This document shows positions 1 to 9,417 of a stretch of 64,000 bases of DNA, piece after piece. The notes under the pieces were generated by a model. That model saw only the letters and a program-made list of their open reading frames with translations. It was not told the origin of the DNA and did not search any database. Each line of letters starts with the position of its first letter. Within the stretch, counting starts at the first letter, position 1. Source of the DNA: Simkaniaceae bacterium (lineage in GTDB: Bacteria > Chlamydiota > Chlamydiia > Chlamydiales > JACRBE01); assembly GCA_022763045.1 (NCBI GenBank), contig JALEGI010000007.1, positions 64,555-128,554 on the forward strand. Reading direction: 5' to 3'. A program made the position numbers and the translations under genes.

Positions 1-1
1 T

Positions 2-394
2 GGCGAGAAACTCGATCTTGCAGATGTGGAAGAGACCAACATGCGCATGCTATACAAAGATGGTGAAGATGTCGTTTTCATGGACGATAAGACCTTCGAC
101 CAGGTGAGCGTTCCGTCAAGCAACCTCGGTGAAGCGGAACCTTGGATGAAAGAGGAGATTCTCTACGACCTCATCTTTTACAAGGGAAACGTCGTCTCTG
201 TCATGCCGCCTACCTTCATGGAGCTTGTCATCACGGAAACTGAGCCGGGAATTAAAGGTGATACCGCATCGGGTCGCGTCCTAAAACCCGCCATTGTCGA
301 GACAAGCGCAAAGGTCCAGGTGCCCATCTTCATTAACGAAGGTGAAAAAATCAAAGTCGACACCCGCACCAGTGAATACGTCTCTCGCGTCTAG
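2..394 (+). CDS. efp: Elongation factor P, C-terminal part (5' end lies upstream of the window)
   Basis: Frame 2 is open from the window edge. The translation ...GEKLDLADVEETNMRMLYKDGEDVVFMDDKTFDQ...GIKGDTASGRVLKPAIVETSAKVQVPIFINEGEKIKVDTRTSEYVSRV carries the EF-P domain II/III signature (G.KGDTA...KPA....VP.FI..GE.I.VDTR...Y..R). Confidence 0.9.
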   Translation, partial: GEKLDLADVEETNMRMLYKDGEDVVFMDDKTFDQVSVPSSNLGEAEPWMKEEILYDLIFYKGNVVSVMPPTFMELVITETEPGIKGDTASGRVLKPAIVETSAKVQVPIFINEGEKIKVDTRTSEYVSRV

Positions 395-401
395 AGCGCA
401 G

Positions 402-1142
402 ATGCTCGCTGCCGTTCGGCATTTTTTTGCTGAGCGCAGCGTGATGGAGGTCGACACTCCCCTACTCGCCGCCACTCCGCCCATCGATACCTACATCGAC
501 ATTTTTGAAACGACCTGCGGACACTACCTCCACTCCTCCCCCGAGTACGCGATGAAAAAGCTTCTCTCAAAGGGTGCGGGCGACATCTATCAGATGTCAC
601 ACGTCTACCGCAAGGGGGAACTTGGCCGTTTGCACAATCCAGTCTTCACCATGATTGAATGGTACCGCATGCATTTGACCTTCGATCAATTGATCGAGGA
701 AACAATTGCTCTAATTGAGCTTTTTGTCGGACCACGCAAGCAGGTGCGTCTTACACACGAGGAGGCACTTGAAGGACACCCAATAGGTGACTTGCACTAC
801 GTCTGGTCCCACCACGTGGAGCCGGCGATGGATCCTGAGGCCCTTACCATTGTTACGGACTTTCCCGCCTCAGAGGCGGCGCTTGCTAAAGTTGTTGACG
901 GCAAGGCGCAGCGCTTCGAAATTTATCTTGGGGGAATCGAGCTTGCCAACGGCTATGATGAGCTCACAGACTCGAGCGAGCAGCTGAAACGCCTGCAAGA
1001 TGCAAATACGAAAAATTACCCTATCGATTACGAGTTGATTGAGGCACTTAAAACGCTCCCCAATTGTGTCGGCGTTGCCGCAGGTTTTGACCGCCTCTTA
1101 ATGCTCTGCGAAAAGCGCTCGGAGTTGAAACAAAACATTTAA
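402..1142 (+). CDS. epmA: EF-P lysyltransferase EpmA/PoxA (GenX), truncated class II lysyl-tRNA-synthetase paralog
   Basis: MLAAVRHFFAERSVMEVDTPLL..., SPEYAMKKLL, YQMSHVYRKGELGRLHNPVFTMIEWY, RFEIYLGGIELANGYDELTD and GVAAGFDRLLML match class II aaRS motifs 1-3 as found in EpmA. I chose the ATG at 402, 8 nt after the efp stop. The longer tracked ORF (294) overlaps efp. Confidence 0.8.
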   Translation: MLAAVRHFFAERSVMEVDTPLLAATPPIDTYIDIFETTCGHYLHSSPEYAMKKLLSKGAGDIYQMSHVYRKGELGRLHNPVFTMIEWYRMHLTFDQLIEETIALIELFVGPRKQVRLTHEEALEGHPIGDLHYVWSHHVEPAMDPEALTIVTDFPASEAALAKVVDGKAQRFEIYLGGIELANGYDELTDSSEQLKRLQDANTKNYPIDYELIEALKTLPNCVGVAAGFDRLLMLCEKRSELKQNI

Positions 1143-1159
1143 GCTGCTAATTTTTACCC

Positions 1160-2053
1160 ATGAAGCGCTTTATTTTCCCCTCTGTTGTCGTTGTCTTTTG
1201 TGTTATGACTTCCTTTGTTCTAGGGAAAAAGCAGCTTCACTACTCCTATCCAACAAAACCGATTGATGTCATTATTCCCTGCACCTACAAAGATACCTTC
1301 ACGCTACCGCAATGCATCCAGGGAGTAAAGCGCTACGTACGCAACATTAGGCGCATTATTGTGATCTCTCCTGAGAAGCTTACAGACGATGCGGAGTGGT
1401 TTGACGAAAACCTCTACCCCTTTTCCAAAGCAGACATCTCTAAATATATCTTCAATGATCCAATGCAAGCGCGCGCCTACATAAAGGATTCGAAAAATCG
1501 CCTTGGTTGGATCATTCAACAGCTCTATAAGCTCTACGCTCCATTCATCATACCCGATCTTTCAGAGCACTACTTCGTTATCGACTCCGATACCGTGATG
1601 CTCAAACCTCTCAACTTGTTCGATCAAGAGGGGCACGCACTCTTCACATGCAAAACAGGCGTTCACCAACCCTACATTGAACACGCCTCACGTTTGGTCC
1701 CCAATTTCACAACTTATGGCGAGAATTTGTCGGCCATTGCGCACTGCATGGTTTTTAAAAAAAGTATCGTCAAGAGCTTAATGGACGTCGTTGAAAATCA
1801 CCACCACATGCCCTTTTGGGCAGCATTTGCAGCCTGTACAGATTTAGGTGATCTACCTATCGCCTCTGCATCTGAATATGAAATCTATTTTAACTTCGCG
1901 ATGACCCAGACAGATGAGGCGCGCATTCGCAAATTGAAGTGGAAAGATATTTCTAAACTACACAAAGTATCAACCTATAAACGGGAAGGGTACCACTATG
2001 TTGCAAATCATTCATGGCGGCGCAAGCATAAAAAAAGAAGATTTCTGCCTTGA
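1160..2053 (+). CDS. Signal-anchored GT-A-like nucleotide-sugar transferase (family unassigned); island gene 1
   Basis: Hydrophobic N-terminus MKRFIFPSVVVVFCVMTSFVLG. IDVIIPCTYKD (Rossmann beta1 of GT-A folds) and YFVIDSDTVML (DxD-like DSD). Low-GC coding region. Confidence 0.5.
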   Translation: MKRFIFPSVVVVFCVMTSFVLGKKQLHYSYPTKPIDVIIPCTYKDTFTLPQCIQGVKRYVRNIRRIIVISPEKLTDDAEWFDENLYPFSKADISKYIFNDPMQARAYIKDSKNRLGWIIQQLYKLYAPFIIPDLSEHYFVIDSDTVMLKPLNLFDQEGHALFTCKTGVHQPYIEHASRLVPNFTTYGENLSAIAHCMVFKKSIVKSLMDVVENHHHMPFWAAFAACTDLGDLPIASASEYEIYFNFAMTQTDEARIRKLKWKDISKLHKVSTYKREGYHYVANHSWRRKHKKRRFLP

Positions 2054-2093
2054 AACTTTTCGCGATAATTTATAATATCAACCTTTAACTCAA

Positions 2094-2789
2094 ATGGGAC
2101 TACACATGAAAAACTTCCTTGTAGCAGCAGCTATTTCACTGACAACAATTCTCAATGCAGCCTCAACCAAAGAGGTGCAACTGGCTCGGAAACAAGTGCT
2201 TAGAGAAAGGCCAAATGTACATGGTTGGTGCACTGAGGAAAAAGCACTTGCAATGTTTGATCTCATTTTAGAAGCAAAACCCGATGTATGTGTTGAGATA
2301 GGAGTCTTTGGCGGCTCTTCAATTCTACCCACAGCCAAAGCTCTTAAAGTGAATGGCAAGGGAGTTGTCTATGCAATCGATCCATGGTCGACTCCAGAGG
2401 CTCTCAGAGGGCAAGATGCACCCAACATTGGTTGGTGGAAAGATGTGAATCTTGATGACGTCTACCGCTCTTACATGAACATGGTAAGAAAAAATAAGAT
2501 AAGTGGCCATGTTAACACGATGCGCATGACTTCTGAAGCCGCAGCTCCCTCAATTGGTGAAATTGATATTCTCCATGTTGATGGAAATCACTCAGAAGAG
2601 TCTACTCTTATTGACGTTCAACACTACTTTCCAAAAGTTAAAAAAGGCGGCTACATTTGGTGTGACGATTTCCAGTGGTCAATTGATGGCAAGCGTTCCA
2701 CACTTAAAGCCTATCAAATCATGCTTGATGAGTGCGATCTAGTTAAGACTATAGATAAGGGCAACTGCATTTTACTGCGTAAACGATAA
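2094..2789 (+). CDS. Exported class I SAM-dependent methyltransferase (Methyltransf_24/CmcI-like), type A paralog 1
   Basis: Signal-like N-terminus (MKNFLVAAAISLTTILNAAS). GWCTEEKALAMFDLILEAKPDVCVEIGVFGGSSILPTAKAL (SAM motif I), ILHVDGNHSEES and GGYIWCDD. It aligns along its full length with 22734-23408 and 24153-24821. The start could be 2106. Confidence 0.7.
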   Translation: MGLHMKNFLVAAAISLTTILNAASTKEVQLARKQVLRERPNVHGWCTEEKALAMFDLILEAKPDVCVEIGVFGGSSILPTAKALKVNGKGVVYAIDPWSTPEALRGQDAPNIGWWKDVNLDDVYRSYMNMVRKNKISGHVNTMRMTSEAAAPSIGEIDILHVDGNHSEESTLIDVQHYFPKVKKGGYIWCDDFQWSIDGKRSTLKAYQIMLDECDLVKTIDKGNCILLRKR

Positions 2790-2800
2790 GGAAGACCATA

Positions 2801-4018
2801 ATGACCGATCAAAAAGTAAAACTTACTCTAGGTAAACGTGTTTACGCACTGCTAATTCTTCTTCTTGCAATGTTTGGTGCCATCACATTCATGATGCTCC
2901 ATAATGTTAAATCAATTAAGAAGAAGATGCGCAACTTTTCGGTCAAATTGGAAAATCCTGCAGAATTTACTGAAATTGTCAATAAGGTCACTGGGACCAC
3001 TCCACTCCCCCCTCATTTAGAATACCTTCCGTATGCTGATTATGAGGGGCTTATCCTTGCAGTAAAAAGGATAAAAATTAACGGCGCCCAATCCCCGTAT
3101 AACTCATCGTTACTAGAAAAACGTGATGGATCTGGCTACTATCTCTTTTTCCGCTACGATACAAAATCAAATGTCAAGCTTGCAAAACCCCACGTCTCAT
3201 ATGAAACCTACATCGGGGTTGCCGAACTCGATGAGCACTTCCAACACAAGCACCACTCCTTCCATATTATTGATACCGGCTCATGCCACTCGGAAGATCC
3301 AAGAGGCTTTTACCACAATGGCGAGCTATTTATCTCATATAACGACATAGTCCAAGTAAAAACCTACTCTCGATCGATCCGAATTGCCGCTCTAGATGAA
3401 ACAACTTGGAAAACAAAATATATTACCGACCTCAACATTCAGCAAGCCCCAATTGAAAAAAATTGGATGCCCTTTACGTGTAACAACACACTACATTTTA
3501 TCTACAACGTCAGCCCTCATAAAATTTTCACTGTTGCTAACACAAAAAAGAATGATGTTCAACCAGCACCACTTCCAGAGATTCCGACATTCTTAAAAAA
3601 TGAGTGGGAAGCTCGCTGGGGCCAAATTCGCGGCGGTACACCTGCAATTTTAGTTGATGGAGAGTATATGGCCTTTTTCCATAGCTGGTTTCACCACCAG
3701 GGGAAAAATTGGTACTCAATGGGCGCCTACACATTTGAAAAGGAGCCCCCTTTCCGAATTACTGGCATCTCCTACAAACCCATTCTCTTTCAAACCATTT
3801 ACGACTCGCCTCACATTCATACATCCAACTCTGCAGTCAAACATATCTATCCTTCGGGAATGGTTATTAAAGATAACCTAATACACGTTTCATGTGGCGA
3901 AAATGACTGCGCTACCAAGATCATTACGTTCAATAAAGAGAAGCTGATGCACTCACTGAGAAAAATTGACGTCGATGATCAAGATAGACACGCATCATTT
4001 ATGGCTGCGACGAAATAG
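2801..4018 (+). CDS. Type II membrane-anchored protein with beta-rich, possibly beta-propeller-type, glycan-processing-like domain; function unknown
   Basis: Basic N-terminus followed by TM helix YALLILLLAMFGAITFMML. Motifs EDPRGFYHNGELFISYND, EKNWMPF and RGGTPAILVDGEYMAFFHSW recall 5-bladed propeller glycan phosphorylase/transferase folds. The assignment is tentative. Confidence 0.4.
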   Translation: MTDQKVKLTLGKRVYALLILLLAMFGAITFMMLHNVKSIKKKMRNFSVKLENPAEFTEIVNKVTGTTPLPPHLEYLPYADYEGLILAVKRIKINGAQSPYNSSLLEKRDGSGYYLFFRYDTKSNVKLAKPHVSYETYIGVAELDEHFQHKHHSFHIIDTGSCHSEDPRGFYHNGELFISYNDIVQVKTYSRSIRIAALDETTWKTKYITDLNIQQAPIEKNWMPFTCNNTLHFIYNVSPHKIFTVANTKKNDVQPAPLPEIPTFLKNEWEARWGQIRGGTPAILVDGEYMAFFHSWFHHQGKNWYSMGAYTFEKEPPFRITGISYKPILFQTIYDSPHIHTSNSAVKHIYPSGMVIKDNLIHVSCGENDCATKIITFNKEKLMHSLRKIDVDDQDRHASFMAATK

Positions 4019-4957
4019 GGACCTTTTTCTGAGAATTTTTTCGAAGAAAACTTCTACAATCGTCTCCTTGAAGTTCTTTCCAGCCGGATCAAATGAGCTT
4101 CCTGCATAGTGTAAAATTCTCTTGTCCATTGCAAATTCAACCGAAAGATGAGATGGCAACCTGTAGATTAACCACATCTGTTCTTTATTAAATCCACAAT
4201 TATACACATGATCAGAGAGCCAGGATTGATAGCGCGAGCTTGCTTGATGTTCATACATTTTAACTGAAACTTGAGGATATTTTTGCAGATAGTGGTAGGA
4301 ATGCGACCCTGTGTCCTGCAAATTTCCATTTATCTCATCTAGGTAAAATTGAAGCTCTTCCCTATTAGGCAAATTGTGAAAATGAATCGCAATGAAAGGC
4401 ACCCATAAATATTCAATATCCTCCCCCCAAGGCGAGCGTTTCATTCCAATAATATCGTGATTTCCCATCATCTGGCGAATATCAAGCCTTCGTATAGGAA
4501 AAGCATCGCCATCGAGAATCACAAAAATATCATCGTGATTGTAGCCAAAATGTTCGAGCGCGTATTGAATTGCATGTGAGTGGCGCACGCTTGGTTGATT
4601 TGCAATTTTACTCAACGTCAATTCAGTATTCTGAAAACTAGAGATATGTGAGTAAATTCCCGGACGCTCTAAAACATCTAAAATCAACTCATTGATTCTA
4701 TTTTTCTCATGCCATTCTTGTTTGAAAAAAATGTGCTGTACATTGTTTTGACTACAAATCGCAGCAATCTTATTTCTAATACCATCTTCAACAGCATCAT
4801 TTATTACTATCAATTCATAGTCTTCAGAAAGAAAATGATTCAAACACTTGATCTGTAGTTCTAAAAAATTAGGCTTGTTAAAATGGAAAGTAACTATTCT
4901 GATTTTACTAAAACAAAATGAGAGAGAACAGATAAACAAAAAGAGAATTTTTTTCAT
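3995..4957 (-). CDS. Signal-peptide GT-A (GT2-like) glycosyltransferase, paralog of 8500-9417
   Basis: MKKILFLFICSLSFCFSKIRIVTFHFNKPNFLELQIKCLNHFLSEDYELIVINDA and VILDGDAFPI (DxD). It is collinear with the 8500-9417 product (MRTLFLVLLLGSLSAKVRIMTFHYNLPSLLELQIKTIEKFCRDDFELIVFNDA...ILDGDALLI). Confidence 0.6.
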   Translation of the reverse strand: MKKILFLFICSLSFCFSKIRIVTFHFNKPNFLELQIKCLNHFLSEDYELIVINDAVEDGIRNKIAAICSQNNVQHIFFKQEWHEKNRINELILDVLERPGIYSHISSFQNTELTLSKIANQPSVRHSHAIQYALEHFGYNHDDIFVILDGDAFPIRRLDIRQMMGNHDIIGMKRSPWGEDIEYLWVPFIAIHFHNLPNREELQFYLDEINGNLQDTGSHSYHYLQKYPQVSVKMYEHQASSRYQSWLSDHVYNCGFNKEQMWLIYRLPSHLSVEFAMDKRILHYAGSSFDPAGKNFKETIVEVFFEKILRKRSLFRRSHK

Positions 4958-4973
4958 TAGAATACTTTGGTAA

Positions 4974-5001
4974 TTGATTTTTGAAAGCAGAAGCGTATAC
5001 T
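4974..5001 (+). promoter_or_regulatory. Candidate sigma-70-type promoter for the GT92 genes (TTGATT - 16 nt - TATACT)
   Basis: It lies in the 69-bp divergent intergenic region between 3995-4957(-) and 5027(+). Pattern match only. Confidence 0.25.
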
Positions 5002-5026
5002 ACTTCAAAATTCAAAAGAAAGAGAA

Positions 5027-5938
5027 ATGTTCAAAAAAGCATATATTTTTTTCCTCTTCGTCGCTCTTCTCAATGGAAACCAAATTGGAATTGTTGCTCT
5101 TTTTCATAATGAAGGTCCCTATCTAGAAGAGTGGATCGAATACCACAAATTAGTTGGTGTGGATCACTTTCTTCTCTATGCTGATCGGATATCAGATGAT
5201 TCTTATACCGTGCTTACCCCCTACATAGAAGAGGGCATAGTTGAGATCGTCCCGTGGAATATTCCGGATGGCTCTCTTTATATGGGAAGACAAGTTGCAG
5301 CCTACTTGGATGCAACTGAGAGAAAAAAAGAGAGCCAATGGCTCGCCTTCATCGACATAGACGAGTTCATTTTACCGATGAAACATCGCTCATTAACCGA
5401 ATGCCTAGAAAAATACTACTTCAACTCGAGTCAGATTCTAGTCAATTGGAGAAATTTTGGCACCTGCTACAAGCACCTAAGCGCTGATGATAAAATTCTT
5501 AACAATTTAATTTTAGCGTCCACACGAAACTTCACAACAAATAGTGTGACTAAATGTATTCTTCGCCCAAAGGCAATTGATTCAAAAAATCCCAGGTCCT
5601 TTTGGTACCCACACTATGCAATTTTAAAACCTGGACATCGCACCTTCAATGGCGATGGGAAACCGGTCTACTTTAAAGATGAGTTTGCGATCAATGACTC
5701 CAAACATCACGATTTTCTGTTGAGAATCAATCACTACTTTACACGAGATGAGGCTTTTTTCCTCTCTAAGAGACTTGCTCCTTGGAAAGAGAAAGAACCT
5801 GGACGATTTCAATTTTACAAACCAGAGCAGGTTCTGGAAAAATACAAGAACTACAATAAGGTGAAAGATACAGAGATCATCAAGTATCTGAAAAAATACC
5901 ATCGCAACGATTTTTATACGTATTGGAAAAACAAATGA
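5027..5938 (+). CDS. Signal-peptide glycosyltransferase family 92 (DUF23-type), tandem copy 1
   Basis: MFKKAYIFFLFVALLNG then GIVALFHNEGPYLEEWIEYHKLVGVDHFLLY, AFIDIDEFILP (DxD) and NWRNFG, which are the GT92 hallmark motifs. Confidence 0.7.
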   Translation: MFKKAYIFFLFVALLNGNQIGIVALFHNEGPYLEEWIEYHKLVGVDHFLLYADRISDDSYTVLTPYIEEGIVEIVPWNIPDGSLYMGRQVAAYLDATERKKESQWLAFIDIDEFILPMKHRSLTECLEKYYFNSSQILVNWRNFGTCYKHLSADDKILNNLILASTRNFTTNSVTKCILRPKAIDSKNPRSFWYPHYAILKPGHRTFNGDGKPVYFKDEFAINDSKHHDFLLRINHYFTRDEAFFLSKRLAPWKEKEPGRFQFYKPEQVLEKYKNYNKVKDTEIIKYLKKYHRNDFYTYWKNK

Positions 5939-6837
5939 TACGCCTGCTGCTTCTATTCTTCTTTGTACAGGTAAATAGCATAGAGCTTGGAATTGCAACG
6001 ATGTTCCATAATGAGGCAAAATATCTCAAAGAGTGGGTCGACTACCATCTGACCGTAGGAGTCGACCATTTTTGGCTCTATAACGATCGCAGCACTGATG
6101 ACTACTTGGAGAGATTAAAGCCCTATATTGAGCGTGGTATCGTTGAAATCTTTGACTGGCACTTGCCCCACAGAGATAAGTACTTCGAATATCAACTTCT
6201 TGCCAATCGCGACGCTCTTGCCAGAGGTATGGAATCAACTAAGTGGATTGCATTTATCGATGTCGATGAGTTTATTGTTCCGATGACCTGCGGATCGATC
6301 ACCAAATGTTTAAATCAACATTTTGCTCAAGCCGATCAGGTATTCATCAATTGGAGAAATTTTGGCACCAGTGGCAAAACAATTAAACCATACGGGACAA
6401 TACTCAATAGACTTTTAAAATGCTCTGTCAGAACACACTCCGCAAATCAAGTAGGAAAATGCATTTTACGCCCAAAAAGTATTGACTTATCCGATCGAAG
6501 TTGCTTTTGGTACGCTCATTACGCAATTCCAAAAAAAGGCTCCCTCACAATGAATGGGGATGGGGGGCAAATCCACTTTGATAAGCAAATTATGTTAAAC
6601 GATGGAGTCCATCACGATAAATTCTTGAGAATTAACCACTATTACACTCGTGATGAGAGCTTTTTTAAAAATGTGAGGCTTGCTCGCTCTGTTGTGGGGT
6701 CATTCGAAGGGTCATGTGAACAAAATTTAGAGATTCTTCTGCACAGGTATCGCTCTTACTCTAAAGTGTATGACAATAAGATTTTGAAGATGCTTAAGCG
6801 CTTTCATAGTAAAGCCTACCTAAAGCACTGGCAATAA
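5935..6837 (+). CDS. Signal-peptide glycosyltransferase family 92 (DUF23-type), tandem copy 2
   Basis: MIRLLLLFFFVQVNS then GIATMFHNEAKYLKEWVDYHLTVGVDHFWLY, AFIDVDEFIVP and NWRNFG. The ATG at 5935 overlaps the upstream stop as ATGA. The tracked ORF begins at a TTG at 5923. Confidence 0.7.
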   Translation: MIRLLLLFFFVQVNSIELGIATMFHNEAKYLKEWVDYHLTVGVDHFWLYNDRSTDDYLERLKPYIERGIVEIFDWHLPHRDKYFEYQLLANRDALARGMESTKWIAFIDVDEFIVPMTCGSITKCLNQHFAQADQVFINWRNFGTSGKTIKPYGTILNRLLKCSVRTHSANQVGKCILRPKSIDLSDRSCFWYAHYAIPKKGSLTMNGDGGQIHFDKQIMLNDGVHHDKFLRINHYYTRDESFFKNVRLARSVVGSFEGSCEQNLEILLHRYRSYSKVYDNKILKMLKRFHSKAYLKHWQ

Positions 6838-6911
6838 GTATATTTTCTTGAAGAAAATTTTAGCTTCACGCACAGTATAACCAAAAAAATTCTAAACTAA
6901 AGTGGTTCCCT

Positions 6912-7820
6912 ATGCGAAAGTTTTTATTAGTTTTATTATCAGCAACCCAACTATTTTCTTATGACATAGCACCTTACTTTAAAAAAATAGAGAACGCTAC
7001 TTGCAAATCGATAAAAAATATCGATTTTATTTATACCATCAACCTTGACGAGCGGCCTGAAAAATGGGAAAAAACGTTAACCCAACTAAGTAAATACAAC
7101 ATAAAACCCTACCGTTTTTCTGCGGTTAATGGCTGGCATCTATCCCTAGAGGCTGTTGGGAAATTGAGCATGCCTTTTGATAGAAGTATGCGCCGTGATG
7201 TTATGGGAACCCGCTATCCGCTGCAACATGGAGGCAAACCCGAACATGGTTTGATGACAGTCCATGGCTACACCTACCTTTGTCATTGCATGTCAAGGGG
7301 TGCTGTTGGCATCTGTCTCAGTCATTTATCCGTCTTGCAACACGCTTTTGATAATGGCTATAAAACAATCTGGGTGATGGAAGATGATATTCATGTTCTC
7401 AGAGATCCTCGTATTCTTTCAAAATACATCGATGAGCTCAACCGAGTTAACCCCAACTGGGATATTTTATTCACAGATCGTGATACGCGAAACAACCGAA
7501 ATGAGCATGTTCCCTGCCTGGGATACGCCATACGACCTAATTTTCATGTCGCTGATCCTGGAAAATTTGCACGGCGCAATCGAGTCTCCAAAAACCTAAG
7601 ATACATAGGTAATCGCTATGGTGCATATTCCATGATTGTCTCCAGAAGGGGTATGCAAAAACTCCTAAATTTCTTCAAAACTTATAAACTTTTCCTTCCC
7701 TACGATATGGATTTCGCCTTTCCTCCAGGGATTTCCTTTTATACTGTTGTTAATGACGTCGTCACAACGACTCTAAATGCCCCATCAGATAATGGCGGCC
7801 CAAACTATCTGAAAAAATAG
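6912..7820 (+). CDS. Signal-peptide glycosyltransferase family 25 (LOS/collagen galactosyltransferase-type), stand-alone paralog 1
   Basis: MRKFLLVLLSATQLFSY; IDFIYTINLDERPEKW...YRFSAVNGW; CHCMSRGAVGICLSHLSVLQHAFDNGYKTIWVMEDDIHV; WDILFTDRD. These are GT25 motifs (INL..R, GE/A.GC.LSH, .EDD). Confidence 0.8.
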   Translation: MRKFLLVLLSATQLFSYDIAPYFKKIENATCKSIKNIDFIYTINLDERPEKWEKTLTQLSKYNIKPYRFSAVNGWHLSLEAVGKLSMPFDRSMRRDVMGTRYPLQHGGKPEHGLMTVHGYTYLCHCMSRGAVGICLSHLSVLQHAFDNGYKTIWVMEDDIHVLRDPRILSKYIDELNRVNPNWDILFTDRDTRNNRNEHVPCLGYAIRPNFHVADPGKFARRNRVSKNLRYIGNRYGAYSMIVSRRGMQKLLNFFKTYKLFLPYDMDFAFPPGISFYTVVNDVVTTTLNAPSDNGGPNYLKK

Positions 7821-7827
7821 GAAACAT

Positions 7828-8499
7828 ATGAAAAAACTCGCTACTACGCTTTTTTCCGTATTGATATTCTCTGCGCTTGCAGCAGGGAACGTACACCAAG
7901 AAAAACTCTATCGAATCTATGAACAGCACTACAAAACCCCTAGTGATATTCATCAGCACCTCCCAGCGATGCGCGAGCTTGCAAAGGAGTGTAGCTCTGT
8001 TGCAGAATTTGGGGTAAGAGGCATGGTTTCAACTTGGGGTTTTCTGCAGGGAATGAGTGAAAATCAGAACCAGCAAAAGTCCTACATTGCTGTTGATCTA
8101 GATGCCCCACCTCTAAATAAGCTCAGACAGGCAAAAGATCTAGCAACAGCTTTAAAAATCAAGTTCCGATTTATTCGAGGAAATGACCTACATATCAATA
8201 TTCCTCGCGTCGATCTTATCTTTATCGATACGCTTCACACCTACAAGCACCTCAGCTTTGAGCTAGAAAAATTTTGTCATCAAGCTAAAAAATACATCTG
8301 CCTTCATGACACCAGTCCACCATGGGGACACCAAGATGAGCCTGCCTACTATCAAGTCGATCCCTACCCCGCTTGGATCGATAGAAATAAGCGTGGACTT
8401 TGGCCAGCAGTTGTCGATTTTCTCGCACGTCACCCAGAGTGGAAGCTTAAAAAGCGCTATACAAATTGCCACGGCTTCACCATTTTGCAGAGGCAATAA
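7828..8499 (+). CDS. Signal-peptide methyltransferase-like protein (divergent Methyltransf_24-type)
   Basis: MKKLATTLFSVLIFSALAAG; SSVAEFGVRGMVSTWGFL (degenerate motif I), YIAVDLD and LIFIDTLHTYKHLSFELEKF (equivalent of the DGDHSYE block). Confidence 0.5.
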   Translation: MKKLATTLFSVLIFSALAAGNVHQEKLYRIYEQHYKTPSDIHQHLPAMRELAKECSSVAEFGVRGMVSTWGFLQGMSENQNQQKSYIAVDLDAPPLNKLRQAKDLATALKIKFRFIRGNDLHINIPRVDLIFIDTLHTYKHLSFELEKFCHQAKKYICLHDTSPPWGHQDEPAYYQVDPYPAWIDRNKRGLWPAVVDFLARHPEWKLKKRYTNCHGFTILQRQ

Positions 8500-9417
8500 T
8501 TGCGCACTCTTTTTTTAGTTCTCTTGTTGGGCTCTTTGTCGGCAAAGGTACGAATCATGACCTTTCACTACAATTTGCCCAGCTTATTAGAATTACAAAT
8601 CAAGACGATTGAAAAGTTTTGCAGAGACGATTTTGAGCTCATCGTCTTCAATGACGCCTCTGACCCAGAGCTCGCAACTCAACTGACGCAAGTCTGCAAT
8701 AAAAGTGGCGTTCAATGCGTCCGCTACAAACAAAAGTGGCATGAAAATCATCCCCTAACGCGCTATATCCATCAATGGCTCCATGACCCCACCTATCAAG
8801 GCGCCTACCTCGGACTGCACAAAAATGCCCCTATGAATGAAGTCTCCAACTGCCCAAGTCTGCGTCACGCCCACGTCATGCAATATGCTCTCGACCATTT
8901 TGGCTATCAGCACGATGGCCCAGTCATTATTTTAGATGGAGATGCCCTCTTGATTCGCCCCATCTCCTTTAATGCCCTGCTCAAAAAACGCTATCTTGTC
9001 GGCTCACAAAAGCAAAAGGGCGACGCTTCCTATATTTGGGTCCCAATTATTGCCATCAATATGCCAAAAATCCCTGAGAAAAAAAGTCTAAAATTTCACC
9101 CAGATGTGATAAATTTTCGCCTCTACGATACAGGCTCGCATTCCCACTACTATTTACAAAAGCACAATAGCAGCCGCATTCGAGCCTGCCCCTTTTACTC
9201 AATCACGCATCTAAAACCCTCACAGGGGCAAATTGATTCCCTAAATCTCACAGCACCCCAAAAGGAGCTTATCAAAGAGATTTTGCTAGAAACTGATTCA
9301 GAATTTCATCTTAATTTTCATGTGATTCACCTCGTAGGTAGCTCATGGATGAATTTTGAATCGAAGAAAAAACAGCTTGTCTTCAGTCTGATTAAATCGG
9401 TTTTGCATCAACCCTAA
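8500..9417 (+). CDS. Signal-peptide GT-A (GT2-like) glycosyltransferase, paralog of 3995-4957
   Basis: The TTG start is supported by alignment of the signal peptide and first beta strand with the paralog. Also ELIVFNDASDP and IILDGDALLI. Confidence 0.6.
   Translation: MRTLFLVLLLGSLSAKVRIMTFHYNLPSLLELQIKTIEKFCRDDFELIVFNDASDPELATQLTQVCNKSGVQCVRYKQKWHENHPLTRYIHQWLHDPTYQGAYLGLHKNAPMNEVSNCPSLRHAHVMQYALDHFGYQHDGPVIILDGDALLIRPISFNALLKKRYLVGSQKQKGDASYIWVPIIAINMPKIPEKKSLKFHPDVINFRLYDTGSHSHYYLQKHNSSRIRACPFYSITHLKPSQGQIDSLNLTAPQKELIKEILLETDSEFHLNFHVIHLVGSSWMNFESKKKQLVFSLIKSVLHQP

Noticed and set aside
294-401. N-terminal extension of the epmA ORF (tracked start 294) overlapping the last 100 nt of efp
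   Set aside because: The extension (MSRQAQRSRCPSSLTKVKKSKSTPAPVNTSLASRAQ) is the out-of-frame read-through of the efp coding sequence. EpmA homology begins right at the ATG at 402.
6842-6858. Hairpin attttctt-g-aagaaaat after the second GT92 gene as an intrinsic terminator
   Set aside because: The stem is almost pure A/T with a 1-nt loop, so it is thermodynamically negligible. It may still mark an operon boundary, since a 74-nt gap follows, but it is not supportable as a terminator.
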